64,000 nt of DNA from an uncultured Methylomirabilota bacterium (lineage in GTDB: Bacteria > Methylomirabilota > Methylomirabilia > Methylomirabilales > 2-02-FULL-66-22): the NCBI GenBank assembly GCA_963714585.1, contig CAVQPC010000044.1, forward strand, positions 20,250-84,249, read 5' to 3'. The translations under genes and the position numbers were made by a program. The notes below the pieces were generated by a model, which worked only from the letters and a program-made list of their open reading frames with translations, was not told where the DNA came from and made no database searches. Shown piece after piece: positions 19,904 to 30,319 of this stretch (position 1 is the stretch's first letter; the number at the start of each line of letters is the position of its first letter).

Positions 19904-21103
19904 ATGCTAACCGGCAAGCGCATCCTGCTCGGGGTCACCGGGAGCATCGCGGCGTACAAGGCGGTGGAGCTGCTGCGGGAGCTCGTGAAGCGCGGGGCCG
20001 AGGTCCAGGTGGTCATGACCGAGGCGGCGACCCGATTCGTCGCGCCCCTCACCTTCGAGACCCTCTCGCGACAGCCGGTGCTCCTGGACATGTTCTCCCT
20101 GGCCTATGACTCCCGGATCGGCCACATCGAAGCCACAGAGCGCACCCACCTGTTCGTGGTGGCGCCGGCCACGGCCCGCACCATCGCGCGACTGGCCCTG
20201 GGATTGGCGGACGACTTCCTGAGCAACATCTACCTGGCCGGTCGCTGTCCCGTGCTCATCGCGCCGGCCATGGACAGCGACATGTTCCAGCACCCCGCCC
20301 TGCAGGAGAACCTGGACCGCCTGCGGAGTCGCGGCGTCCACGTCGTGGGACCCGCCAGCGGGGAGCTGGCCTCCGGGCTGGTGGGCCCGGGCAGGCTTGC
20401 GGACCTTTCCGAGATCGTTGCGGCCGTCGAGCGGCTGCTGATTGCCGTGGGTGATCTCGCGGGTCAGGTCGTGCTGGTGACGGCCGGTCCCACGCGCGAG
20501 CCGCTGGATCCGGTGCGCTACCTCTCCAATCGCTCCTCGGGGAAGATGGGCTACGCCATCGCCGAGGCCGCGGCCGCGCGCGGCGCCACGGTGGCGCTGG
20601 TGAGCGGTCCCACGGCTCTCCCCGCGCCGGCGGGCGTGGACGTGATCCACGTGGAGACCGCGCAGGAGATGTACGACGCGGTGCTGGCCAAGCTGCCGGT
20701 GGCGACTGCGGTGATCAAGGCGGCGGCGGTATCGGATTTCCGTCCCAAGCGTGTGGCAGAGCGGAAGATCAAAAAGGAGGAGGCGGTCCCCGAGGTCACG
20801 CTGGAGCCCACGCCCGACATCCTGGCCGAGGTGGGGAAGCGGAAGGGGAACCGGATCGTGGTCGGCTTCGCCGCGGAGACCAATGATCTGCTGGCAAACG
20901 CGCAGAAGAAGCTCCAGCGAAAGCACGTGGACCTCATGGTCGCCAACGACGTCCGCCAGCCCGGCGCGGGATTCGATGCGGACACCAACCTGGTGAAGAT
21001 CCTGGACGCGCAGGGCGGCGTGGAGGAACTGCCGCTCCTGTCGAAGCGGGCGGTGGCGGACCGGATCCTGGATCGGGTGGTGGCGCTGCTCGCGAAACGC
21101 TAG
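19904..21103 (+). CDS. coaBC: Bifunctional phosphopantothenoylcysteine decarboxylase / phosphopantothenate-cysteine ligase
   Basis: [46 protein letters not shown]...[19 protein letters not shown]...[32 protein letters not shown]...KIKK. Both the flavoprotein and CoaB halves are present. Confidence 0.92.
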   Translation: MLTGKRILLGVTGSIAAYKAVELLRELVKRGAEVQVVMTEAATRFVAPLTFETLSRQPVLLDMFSLAYDSRIGHIEATERTHLFVVAPATARTIARLALGLADDFLSNIYLAGRCPVLIAPAMDSDMFQHPALQENLDRLRSRGVHVVGPASGELASGLVGPGRLADLSEIVAAVERLLIAVGDLAGQVVLVTAGPTREPLDPVRYLSNRSSGKMGYAIAEAAAARGATVALVSGPTALPAPAGVDVIHVETAQEMYDAVLAKLPVATAVIKAAAVSDFRPKRVAERKIKKEEAVPEVTLEPTPDILAEVGKRKGNRIVVGFAAETNDLLANAQKKLQRKHVDLMVANDVRQPGAGFDADTNLVKILDAQGGVEELPLLSKRAVADRILDRVVALLAKR

Positions 21104-21190
21104 GGGTTGCGGGCATCCGACGGTTCAACCGTTCGGACGTACGGGAACAGCCGGACCGCCGAACAGCCGAACGATTTCCACGGAGAGAGA

Positions 21191-21886
21191 ATGGCACAGG
21201 ATCCCCGGGACGAATTGCGCGAGATCGCGGGCAGCGTGCGGGCGTACCTCGAAGTCCAGCAGGTCTTGGGGCTGCAGTACGTGGACGCCCGGTGGCCCGA
21301 GACGCCTGCTCCCGCCGCGGCGCCGCGGCCCACACTCGAGCAGGTCCGCGAAGAGCTGGGGGAGTGCACCCGCTGCAAGCTCCACACGGGTCGCACCCAG
21401 ATCGTCTTCGGCGTGGGGAACCCCCACGCGAAGCTGGTCTTCGTGGGCGAGGCGCCGGGCGCCGACGAGGACGCGCAGGGCGAGCCCTTCGTCGGGCGGG
21501 CCGGCCAACTCCTCACCAAGATCATCCAGGCGATGGGCATGCAGCGAGAGGACGTCTACATCTGCAATATCATCAAATGCCGGCCGCCCAACAACCGGAC
21601 GCCCGAGACGGACGAGATCCTGGCCTGCTCGCCGTTCCTCCTGAAGCAGCTCCACGCCATCGGGCCCAAGTTCATCTGCGCCCTGGGCGGGCCGGCAACT
21701 CAGACGCTACTCCAGACCAAGGAGCCCATCTCGCGCCTGCGGGGGAAGTTCTACGACTTCCACGGGATTCCTCTGCTCCCGACCTTCCACCCGGCGTTCC
21801 TGCTGCGGAACCCCCACGAGAAGAAAACGGTGTGGGAGGACATGAAGCTCCTCCTGCGTGAGATGCAAACATCCGACCCGGCGTGA
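21191..21886 (+). CDS. Uracil-DNA glycosylase, family 4
   Basis: ...[54 protein letters not shown]...[16 protein letters not shown]...CSPFL...LGGPA...[17 protein letters not shown]. The start is taken at the internal ATG 21191. Confidence 0.88.
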   Translation: MAQDPRDELREIAGSVRAYLEVQQVLGLQYVDARWPETPAPAAAPRPTLEQVREELGECTRCKLHTGRTQIVFGVGNPHAKLVFVGEAPGADEDAQGEPFVGRAGQLLTKIIQAMGMQREDVYICNIIKCRPPNNRTPETDEILACSPFLLKQLHAIGPKFICALGGPATQTLLQTKEPISRLRGKFYDFHGIPLLPTFHPAFLLRNPHEKKTVWEDMKLLLREMQTSDPA

Positions 21887-21935
21887 GCGGCCGAGTTCCC
21901 CTGCCAACCCATCGGATCGCGGACGTCGTGCACCC

Positions 21936-24366
21936 ATGACAGCCGACAGCCCTGCCTTTGTAGACGTGGTGTTTCCCGCCGGGGTGGAGACCGCCCTGAC
22001 GTACCGCGTGCCGGAGGAGTGGCGCGGGCTGGCAGCCCCGGGGAAGCGGGTCCTGGTCCCGCTCGGCGCTCGCACAGTGACGGGGTATGTGGTCGGCACG
22101 CGCGAGCGGTCCACCGTCGCCGGGACGAAGGAGCTGGGCGAGATCCTGGACGGCGAGCCGCTTCTGGATGCGCATCTCCTCGAGCTCACCCGCTGGGTGG
22201 CCGATTACTACCTGTGTCCCTGGGGCGAGGTGATCCGGGTGGCCCTGCCGCCCGGGATCGACAGCTTCACCCAGCAGGTGGTCCGCGTGACCGCGGCGGC
22301 GGCGGCCGCCATGGACGGCGATGGGGCGCTCCGGCCGGGCGAGCTGGAACTGCTCGCCTTCCTCCGCGTTCGGGGGGAGGCGACGCTCCCGACGCTCACG
22401 CAGCGCTGGCGGGCGGCGCGACGCCTCGCGCACAGCCTGGCGCGCCGCGGCTTGGTGGAGCTGTCCGGTGAGGTGCGGCCGGCTCGCATCCGCCCGCTGC
22501 TGCGTCTCCTTCTGTGTGCTCGCGGCCGGCGTGGACCCCGAGGCGATCCATCTCCCGCCCCAGGCCACGAAGCAGCGCGCCATCCTCCGGGCGCTGGCGG
22601 GGGCCCGGGGCGGCCTGCCCAGGGGAGAGGCGGCTGCGGGAAGCCCGGCCGCGCTGGGGGCCTTGATCAAGCAAGGCGTGGTGCAGATGCGGGAGGTGGA
22701 GCAGAGCCGGGACCCCTTCCAGCAGCCGATGGAGCCGACGGATACCCCGCGGCAGCTCACCGCGGCCCAGGCGGAGGCGGTGGCCTGCGCCTGCGCGGCA
22801 CTCGCGGAGGGGCGGTTCTTCCCGATGCTCCTGCACGGCGTCACCGGCTCGGGCAAGACGGAGGTCTACCTCCAGGCGATCGAGGCGGCCCTGGCCCAGG
22901 GGCGCCAGGCCCTGGTCCTTGTCCCCGAGATCGCCCTGACGCCCCTGACCGTTCAGCGGTTCCTGGGACGCTTTGGCGGCCGCGTGGCGGTCCTGCACAG
23001 CGGCCTGCGCGGCGGCGAGCGCTACGATGCCTGGCGGCGGGTCCGCCGGGGCGAGGCGGACATCGTGGTGGGCGCGCGCTCCGCGGTCTTCGCGCCGCTC
23101 CCACGCCTCGGCATGGTGGTGGTGGACGAGGAGCACGATCCCTCCTACAAGCAGGAGGAGAGCCCGCGATACCACGGGCGGGACGTGGCCGTCATGCGGG
23201 CGAAGGTCCTGAACATCCCCGTAATCCTGGGCTCGGCGACACCCTCCCTGGAGAGCGTGGAGCGCACCCGGGCCGGGCGCTACCGCCTGTGCCGGCTCGC
23301 GGAGCGCATCGAGGCGCGCCCCCTCCCGACGGTCGAGATCGTGGATCTGCGACACATGCAGGCGGGGGAGCGGCTGCTGTCGCCTCCGCTCTGCGCGGCT
23401 CTGGCCGACCGGTTGGGAAAACGGGAGCAGAGCCTCCTCTTCCTCAATCGCCGGGGGTTCTCGACCCTGCTCCTCTGCCAGGAGTGCGGCGCCACGGTCG
23501 GCTGCCCCCGCTGCAGCGTGTCGCTCACGTACCACGCGAGCCAGGGCCGCCTGTGCTGCCACACCTGCGACTTCCAGCGGCGCCCGCCGGAGCGCTGCCC
23601 GGCCTGCCAGGGGAATCGGATGCGCTACCTGGGCTTCGGGACGCAGCAGCTCGAGGCCGCCGTCCGGGAGCGGTTCCCCAAGGCCCGGGTCGCCCGCATG
23701 GATCGAGATACGACCCGCGATTGGCTGGCAGCGCAGCGGATTCTGGAAGAGCTGCAGCAGGGGAAGATCGACATCCTGGTGGGGACCCAGATGATCGGGA
23801 AAGGGCACGACGTGCCCAACGTGACCCTGGTGGGGGTGGTGTCAGCGGACATGGCCCTCCATCTGCCGGACTTCCGGGCGGGTGAGCGCACCTTCGCCCT
23901 GCTCACCCAGGTGGTGGGACGCGCGGGGCGCGGCGATCGTCCCGGCTTGGCCTTGATCCAGACTTTCAACCCCGATCACTACATCCTGCAGGCCGTGCAG
24001 AGGCAGGACTACGAGGCGCTGTGGGAGGCGGAGAGCCCCCTCCGGCGCGACAATAACCTGCCGCCCTACGCCCGGGCCATCCTGGCCATTGTGAGCAGCC
24101 CGCATGCACGAGGGGTGGAGGCGGCGGCGGCGGAGTTGGCCCGACTCCTGGGGGAGGCGGGGATCCGCGGCAGCGCCCTGAGCGGGCCGGCACCCGCACC
24201 GCTGTATCGCGCCCGCGAGCGCTACCGCTGGCACCTCCTGGTCCGCGGCCGGGATGCCAGGCGCCTCCATGCGGCCGTGACGGACGCGGCCCGACGCTTC
24301 CGCGCGTCTCCGGCCTCCCGCAGCGTCCGTCTGGACCTCGATGTGGACCCCGCGTCGCTCTGCTGA
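21936..24366 (+). CDS. priA: Primosomal protein N' (replication restart helicase PriA), frame break near 22515
   Basis: The N-terminus in frame 0 reads MTADSPAFVDVVFPAGVETALTYRVPEEW...YVVG...LLRLLL. The remainder in frame 1 reads VLAAGVDPEAI...LLHGVTGSGKTEVYLQAI...VPEIALTP...VVVDEEHDPSYKQ...CPRCSVSLTYH...CHTCDF...CPACQ...GTQMIGKGHDVPNVTLVGV. Walker A, DEEH and the Cys-rich zinc region are all present. Confidence 0.88.
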
Positions 24367-24459
24367 CGCGTGAGGGCTGGAAAACTGGGGCGGAAGGTCG
24401 GAAAAAGCGGGGAAGAGGGGCGAAGGCTGCGATAACGCCGAAGGACGAGAGGGACATTC

Positions 24460-25473
24460 ATGATCATCGTTCTCAAGCCAGGGGCCACCAAGAAGGACGC
24501 GGATGGCATTCTTCGACGGATCGCGACGCTGGGCCTGAAGCCTCTCTACATGCCCGGGACGGAGCGCATCGTCCTGGGGGCCATCGGCGACGAGCGCGTC
24601 CTGGGGAAGCTGCACATCGAGAACCATCCCCTCGTCGAGAAAATCTCCCCGGTCCTCACCCCGTACAAGCTGGTCAGCCGGGAGATCCATCCCAGGGATA
24701 CCATCGTCAAAATCGATGGCGTGCCCGTGGGCGGGAAGCACTTCACCGTGATTGCGGGCCCCTGTGCGGTGGAGGATCGCCGTCAGATGCTCCTCACGGC
24801 GCAGGCGGTGAAACGGGCGGGTGCCAGGTGTCTGCGGGGCGGCGCCTACAAGCCCCGGACGAGCCCATACAGCTTTCAGGGGTTGGGATTGGAAGGATTG
24901 CAGATCCTCCAGGAAGTCTCCCGGAAATTGAACATGCCGGCTGTGACGGAGGTCGTGGAGGTCAGCGACGTCGCCGCCGTCGAGCAGCATGCCGCCGCCT
25001 TCCAGGTGGGTGCACGCAACATGCAGAACTTCCGGCTCCTCAAGGCGCTGGGGCAGAGCCGGAAGCCCGTCATCCTGAAGCGGGGGATGGCGGCCTCGGT
25101 GGACGATCTCCTCCTCGCCGCCGAGTACATCCTCTCCGAGGGGAACCCCCACGTGATCCTGTGCGAGCGCGGCATCCGGACATTCGAGACCGCCACGCGC
25201 TACACGCTGGATCTGAACGCCATCCCGCACATCAAGCAGCACAGCCACCTGCCCGTCATCGTGGATCCGTCCCACGGGACGGGCGTGCGCGAGTACGTCA
25301 CGCCCATGGCCAGGGCCTCCGTCGCCTGCGGCGCCGACGGCCTCCTGGTGGAGGTCCACTACAACCCCAGGGAGGCCCTCTCCGATGGTCACCAGTCCCT
25401 CGACCCGAAAGGTTTCGCCTATCTCATGAAGACCATCCGCCCCTTCGTGGAAGCGGCAGGGCGGAGGATGTAG
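24460..25473 (+). CDS. aroF: DAHP synthase, class I-beta (second paralog)
   Basis: [33 protein letters not shown]...[50 protein letters not shown]...[38 protein letters not shown]...[10 protein letters not shown]. It is collinear with the 11113..12129 copy. Confidence 0.92.
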   Translation: MIIVLKPGATKKDADGILRRIATLGLKPLYMPGTERIVLGAIGDERVLGKLHIENHPLVEKISPVLTPYKLVSREIHPRDTIVKIDGVPVGGKHFTVIAGPCAVEDRRQMLLTAQAVKRAGARCLRGGAYKPRTSPYSFQGLGLEGLQILQEVSRKLNMPAVTEVVEVSDVAAVEQHAAAFQVGARNMQNFRLLKALGQSRKPVILKRGMAASVDDLLLAAEYILSEGNPHVILCERGIRTFETATRYTLDLNAIPHIKQHSHLPVIVDPSHGTGVREYVTPMARASVACGADGLLVEVHYNPREALSDGHQSLDPKGFAYLMKTIRPFVEAAGRRM

Positions 25474-25625
25474 CCGAACGCAACAGAGGATCCGCGAGAA
25501 AAGCAGTGCCAGGCACTCGATATCTCGATTGGAGGCCACACTTCGGCGAGAGGCGTCGGTCGGGAGCGCACTTCCTGGAGGATTGAATCCAAGAGGGTTC
25601 ATTCCCCGCGGCTTGCCGCGAGTTC

Positions 25626-25720
25626 GTCATACCGGCCCGGTTTTCCGGGGAACCAGCCGGTATCCAGAAAGCCCGACTGGATTCCCGTATCAAGTCCAGC
25701 GTGTCAAGCACGGAATGACG
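25626..25720. repeat. REP-like double-palindrome element (GTCATACCGGC...GCCGGTATCCAG / CTGGATTCCCGT...ACGGAATGAC)
   Basis: The architecture matches the element at 26803-26871. It is additionally flanked by a ~30-bp direct repeat CCCCGCGGCTTGCCGCG..AGTTC at about 25604 and about 25741. The second copy forms the hairpin ACCCCGCGGC-tt-GCCGCGGGGT. Confidence 0.55.
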
Positions 25721-25759
25721 GACTAGAACAGAAGCCGATACCCCGCGGCTTGCCGCGGG

Positions 25760-25903
25760 GTAGTTCATTGGTCCGTCCTCGACTGGAACGAGCCGGCCAT
25801 CCGGTTCTACAAGAGCCTCGGCGCCGTTGCCATGGACGAATGGACGACCAACCGCCTCAGCGGCGAGTCCCTGGACAGGCAAGCGCAGGAGTTCGACGGG
25901 TAG
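25760..25903 (+). pseudogene. GNAT acetyltransferase C-terminal remnant
   Basis: The frame translation ...HWSVLDWNEPAIRFYKSLGAVAMDEWTTNRLSGESLDRQAQEFDG* (stop 25901-25903) matches only the last ~45 aa of a GNAT (W..LDWN.PAI.FY..LGA...). Confidence 0.5.
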
Positions 25904-25937
25904 GGCACGCGACGACCCGGCACAACGGGAGAGCAGA

Positions 25938-26732
25938 ATGACCAGCGGACAGCGTGTGGCCATTGTCACGGGGGCGACCGGAGCGATCGGGGAGGCGATC
26001 GCGCGACAGCTCGCCGCGCAACCCGGATACGAGGTTGTGCTCGTCTGTCGGAACGAGGAAAAGGCTGTGCGGGGGGTCCGAGAGATCATCCACACCACGG
26101 GAAACCTCAGGGTGCGCGCTGAGCTGGCGGACGTCTCGCGGCATGCCTCCATCCGCGGCCTGGCGGAACGATGGCGGGGGCCGCTTCATGTGCTGGTCAA
26201 CAACGCGGGTGTAACCCCACGTAGGCGGCAGGAGACGCCGGAAGGCATCGAGTTGCAGTTCGCCACCAATGTGCTGGGATACTTCTGGATGATCCAGGAG
26301 CTGAGCGACATCCTGAAGCAATCGGCTCCCGCGTGCGTGGTGAACGTCGCCAGCTACTGGGCGGGCGACCTGGACCTCTCCGATCTCGAGTTCAAGCACC
26401 GGCGGTATTCCAACGGCGAGGCGTACCGGCAGTCCAAGCAGGCGAATCGCATGCTGACCGTGGCCTTTTCCGAGCGGCTCAAGGCATTTGGGGTATCGGT
26501 GAACGCCTGCCATCCGGGCGATGTAAGTTCCACCCTGAGCAACAACCTGGGCTTCGCCGGCCATGCCTCCCCCGATGAGGCCGCCGAGACACCGGTGTGG
26601 CTCGCGACGAGTCCGGTCGGCCAAAAGGTAACCGGCGGGTTCTTCGAGCACAGGCGCCAGGCTCGCGATCCCTTCGCCGCCGACCGCAAGGCCATCGAGG
26701 CCCTCTACGCCGCCTGCGCCTCGTACCCGTAG
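25938..26732 (+). CDS. Short-chain dehydrogenase/reductase (SDR) family oxidoreductase
   Basis: MTSGQRVAIVTGATGAIGEAIARQLA... carries the TGxxxGxG motif. Also present are ...LVNNAGV... and ...YRQSKQANRML (YxxxK). Confidence 0.85.
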   Translation: MTSGQRVAIVTGATGAIGEAIARQLAAQPGYEVVLVCRNEEKAVRGVREIIHTTGNLRVRAELADVSRHASIRGLAERWRGPLHVLVNNAGVTPRRRQETPEGIELQFATNVLGYFWMIQELSDILKQSAPACVVNVASYWAGDLDLSDLEFKHRRYSNGEAYRQSKQANRMLTVAFSERLKAFGVSVNACHPGDVSSTLSNNLGFAGHASPDEAAETPVWLATSPVGQKVTGGFFEHRRQARDPFAADRKAIEALYAACASYP

Positions 26733-26802
26733 AGCCGCATCGCCTCATGCCGACGATCTATGCAGGTTGCCCGATTGTAAAAGCCGTCGACAGGTCCGAG
26801 TC

Positions 26803-26871
26803 GTCACCCCGGCGGAAGCCGGGGTCCAGCGTTCCGGGATGCCTCTGGATTCCGGCTTTCGCCGGAATGAC
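26803..26871. repeat. REP-like double-palindrome element
   Basis: GTCACCCCGGC-ggaa-GCCGGGGTCCAG ... CTGGATTCCGGC-tttc-GCCGGAATGAC. It produces the spurious peptide VTPAEAGVQ...LDSGFRRNDG in ORF 26767..27237. Confidence 0.6.
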
Positions 26872-27095
26872 GGACGAGGCCTGAGCGGTTGTTTGCGGCC
26901 CAAACTTGACTCATTTGCAACAAGTTCTGCTCTTCAAGCGGAAGCAGCGGCCCAAGTCGTCGGCAGATCATCCGCCCGCTGGTTCTCCGGGGAACGCGTC
27001 CCGAACGGTCGGCGGCGGTTGAGTTGCCGCGGGAAGTGTAGTAGGATGCCGGCGTTCCTCTCTGCTGGCGGATCCGAAGAGCTGCGGGGGCGACG

Positions 27096-27959
27096 ATGCG
27101 GCGGTTCCGGATTGCCGTGGCCCAGATCGCGCCGGCCTTGGGCGATCTGGAGAAGAATCTCGCGCTGCACGAGAAGATGGCGCGAGAGGCGATCTCCCAA
27201 TCGGTCGGTCTCCTTGTGTTCCCCGAACTCAGCCTGACCGGCTACTTCCTCAAAGACCAGGTTCCCACGATCGCCCTGCGTCCGGACGCCACCGCCCTGC
27301 AGCTCCTCCTGGAGCTGAGCCAGCGCGTGGCGATGGTGGTGGGGTTCGTGGAACAGACGCCCGAGTACCGCTTCCACAATGTCGCCGCCTACCTGGAGGG
27401 CGGGGAGATCCGCCACATCCATCGCAAGGTCTACCTGCCCACGTACGGAATCTTCGACGAGCAGCGCTACGTGGCCCCGGGGGGCCGCATCCGCGCCTTC
27501 GACACGGCCCTCGGCCGGATGGCCATCTTGATCTGCGAGGACATGTGGCATCCGGCCGCCGCGGGCATCGCGGCCTGGGACGGCGCGGGCCTGTTGCTGT
27601 GCCCCTCCGCCAGCCCGGGGCGCGGTCTCGGAGGCGCAGAGCCGTTCCAGAACGCCGCCACCTGGGAGCGCGTCATTCGCGCCTACGGGGATCTGTTCAC
27701 CTGCTACGTGGTCTATGCCAACCGGGTGGGCTACGAGGACGGGGCCTGCTTCTGGGGTGGCTCGGAGGTGGTGGACCCGACGGGGCAGACCAGCGGGAAG
27801 GCGCGCTACCTCGAAGAGCAGCTCCTCGTGGCCGAGGTGGAGCCGGGGGCGCTGCGGCGAGCCCGCTTGGCCAGCCCGCTGCTCCGGGACGAGCGGCTGG
27901 AGCTTACCCTGCAAGAGCTGGCGCGCATCATCCAGGCGCACGGGGAGGGAGCCGCGTAA
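27096..27959 (+). CDS. Carbon-nitrogen hydrolase (nitrilase superfamily), glutaminase-type partner of NadE
   Basis: MRRFRIAVAQIAPALGDLEKNLALHEKMAREA...LVFPELSLTGY...HRKVYLPTYGIFDE...ILICEDMWHP.... The E-K-C catalytic triad context is present. The stop lies 3 nt before nadE. Confidence 0.85.
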   Translation: MRRFRIAVAQIAPALGDLEKNLALHEKMAREAISQSVGLLVFPELSLTGYFLKDQVPTIALRPDATALQLLLELSQRVAMVVGFVEQTPEYRFHNVAAYLEGGEIRHIHRKVYLPTYGIFDEQRYVAPGGRIRAFDTALGRMAILICEDMWHPAAAGIAAWDGAGLLLCPSASPGRGLGGAEPFQNAATWERVIRAYGDLFTCYVVYANRVGYEDGACFWGGSEVVDPTGQTSGKARYLEEQLLVAEVEPGALRRARLASPLLRDERLELTLQELARIIQAHGEGAA

Positions 27960-27962
27960 CCC

Positions 27963-28787
27963 ATGGGGGACCTCTGCCTGAATTGCGAGATTGTCCGCCA
28001 AGTCCTCGCCGGGTTCATCGAAAACGAGGTGGGGAAGGCCGGCTTCCACCGGGTGGTGCTCGGCTTGTCGGGCGGTGTGGATTCCGCCCTGGCGGCGTTC
28101 CTGGCCGCCGGGGCCCTGGGACCGCAGAACGTTTGGGGAATCATGATGCCCTATCGCTCCTCGAGCCCGGAGAGCGCAGAGCATGCTGCGCTCGTGGTGC
28201 AGGCGACAGGCATCAACGGCCTCACGGTGGAGATCACCCCGATGATCGATGCCTACTTCGGCCTCTTCCCCGACGCCGACCAGGTGCGGCGCGGCAACAA
28301 GATGGCCCGCGAGCGAATGACGATCCTCTTCGATCACTCGGCCCGGCTCGGCGCCCTGGTGCTCGGGACGAGCAACAAGACGGAGCTGCTCCTGGGCTAC
28401 GGCACGCTGTATGGGGACATGGCCTCGGCGGTGAACCCCCTCGGGGACCTCTACAAGACGCAGGTCCGCCAGCTCGCCCGGCACATGAAAGTTCCCGATG
28501 TCATCATCCAAAAGCAACCCAGCGCCGATCTCTGGATCGGCCAGACCGACGAGGCGGAGCTGGGGTTCACCTACGAAGCGGTCGATCGGGCCCTGCACCT
28601 CCTGGTGGATCAGCGCTACGAGGTGGAGGAACTGGTCGAGCTCGGCTTCTTCGAGGAGCAATTCGTGCGGGCGGTCGCTCGCAGAATTCAGGCGTCCCAG
28701 TACAAGCGGCGGCTTCCCGTCATCGCCAAGATTTCCTCGCGGACGATCGATCGGGATTTCCGCTATGCGCGGGACTGGGGCCGCTAG
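27963..28787 (+). CDS. nadE: NAD+ synthetase (synthetase domain only)
   Basis: ...[27 protein letters not shown]... carries the SGGxDS PP-loop. Also present are ...[41 protein letters not shown]...QKQPSADLW.... Confidence 0.9.
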   Translation: MGDLCLNCEIVRQVLAGFIENEVGKAGFHRVVLGLSGGVDSALAAFLAAGALGPQNVWGIMMPYRSSSPESAEHAALVVQATGINGLTVEITPMIDAYFGLFPDADQVRRGNKMARERMTILFDHSARLGALVLGTSNKTELLLGYGTLYGDMASAVNPLGDLYKTQVRQLARHMKVPDVIIQKQPSADLWIGQTDEAELGFTYEAVDRALHLLVDQRYEVEELVELGFFEEQFVRAVARRIQASQYKRRLPVIAKISSRTIDRDFRYARDWGR

Positions 28788-28943
28788 GCGGGCCGAGTTC
28801 GGCAGCGGGTCGATTCGGCGACGCGACGCACATCCATCCGAGGCAGTGTCCTGTCACCTCTTCGATTCTCCCGCCGACTATCATCATCCGATCGGCCGAA
28901 GGCATTCATACCGTGAACGCGCTGTCGTGAAGGGGATGTCCAG

Positions 28944-30059
28944 ATGATCATCGGGGTGCCGAAGGAGATCAAGGATAACGAGAGCCGCGTGGGCACCATC
29001 CCGGCGGGCGTGCAGGCCTTGGTGTCGCGCGGTCACACCGTGCTGGTCCAGAAAGGGGCTGGCGAGGGGTCGGGGCTCGGCGATGAGGCCTACGAGGCGG
29101 CCGGGGCGAAGGTCGTCGGGAGCGCCAAGCAGATCTACCGCGAGGCCGAGATGATCCAGAAGGTGAAGGAGCCGCTCGCGTCGGAGTTCGACCTCCTCCA
29201 GCCCGGCCAGATCCTCTTCACCTACCTGCATCTGGCGCCCGACCTGGAGCTCACCAAGGCGCTCCTGCGCCGGAAGATCGTCGGGATTGCGTACGAGACC
29301 GTGGAGACGGCGGACGGCCGCCTCCCCCTCCTCGAGCCGATGAGCGAGGTGGCGGGACGGATGGCGGTGCACACCGCCGCCTACTACCTGGCCAAGCCAT
29401 TCGGCGGACGGGGCGTCCTGATGGGCGGCGTGCCGGGAGTCCCGCCGGCCACGGTTGTGGTCCTCGGGGGGGGCATCGTGGGGTACAACGCGGCCAGGGT
29501 GGCCTCGGGAATGGGGGCGCGGGTCTATCTCCTGGATGTTAGTCCGCTGCGGATGCGCTACCTGGACGAAATCCTCCCCCGGAATGTCACCACGCTCATG
29601 TCCAACCGGATGAGCCTGGAGGAGTGCCTCCGACGCGCCGATGTGCTGATCGGTGCTGTCCTGATCCACGGCGCGAAGGCGCCCAAGCTGGTCACGCGCA
29701 GGATGCTGAAACTCATGCGGCCGGGCGCCGTCATCGTGGACGTGGCCGTGGATCAGGGCGGCTGCTGTGAAACCACGCACCCCACCACCCACAGCGATCC
29801 GGTGTACGTCGTGGACGGCGTCGTGCACTACTGCGTGGCCAACATGCCCGGGGCCTATGCGCGGACGTCGACGTTCGCCCTGGCCAACGTCACCACCCCC
29901 TACGCGCAGCAGATTGCCGACAAGGGCTGGCATCAGTCCGCGCGCGACAACCCCGAGATCGCGAAGGGATTGAACGTCATCCGCGGGCACGTCACGAACG
30001 ACCCCGTGGCGCTGGCCCACCACCTGCCCTATGTGCCCTGGGACAAGGTGTCGGCGTGA
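28944..30059 (+). CDS. ald: Alanine dehydrogenase
   Basis: MIIGVPKEIKDNESRVGTIPAGVQALVSRGHTVLVQKGAGEGSG...FTYLHLAP...VVVLGGGIVGYNAARVASGMGA...AVLIHGAKAPKLV...VIVDVAVDQGG is a canonical Ald signature. Confidence 0.92.
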   Translation: MIIGVPKEIKDNESRVGTIPAGVQALVSRGHTVLVQKGAGEGSGLGDEAYEAAGAKVVGSAKQIYREAEMIQKVKEPLASEFDLLQPGQILFTYLHLAPDLELTKALLRRKIVGIAYETVETADGRLPLLEPMSEVAGRMAVHTAAYYLAKPFGGRGVLMGGVPGVPPATVVVLGGGIVGYNAARVASGMGARVYLLDVSPLRMRYLDEILPRNVTTLMSNRMSLEECLRRADVLIGAVLIHGAKAPKLVTRRMLKLMRPGAVIVDVAVDQGGCCETTHPTTHSDPVYVVDGVVHYCVANMPGAYARTSTFALANVTTPYAQQIADKGWHQSARDNPEIAKGLNVIRGHVTNDPVALAHHLPYVPWDKVSA

Positions 30060-30319
30060 GTGCTCGCCCCGCCCTGGCACGCATACGAGGCGAGCAAACC
30101 GAAGCCGGGAGATTCATCTGCTGACGGGGATGGTCCCATGCCGATGCCGCCAGATGACAACCTGCGGGAACGGATGGCGAAGGCTCGACGCGCGGCTGTC
30201 CCCCCACTCACCGCCATGGCCCACGCGGTCCATCACGGCCTGGCCGGCGAGATCCTCCCGACCTTGCTCGGGCTCTCCCCCAGCCTCCAGCCCCCAATCC
30301 CCGGTCCCCAAGAACGCGC

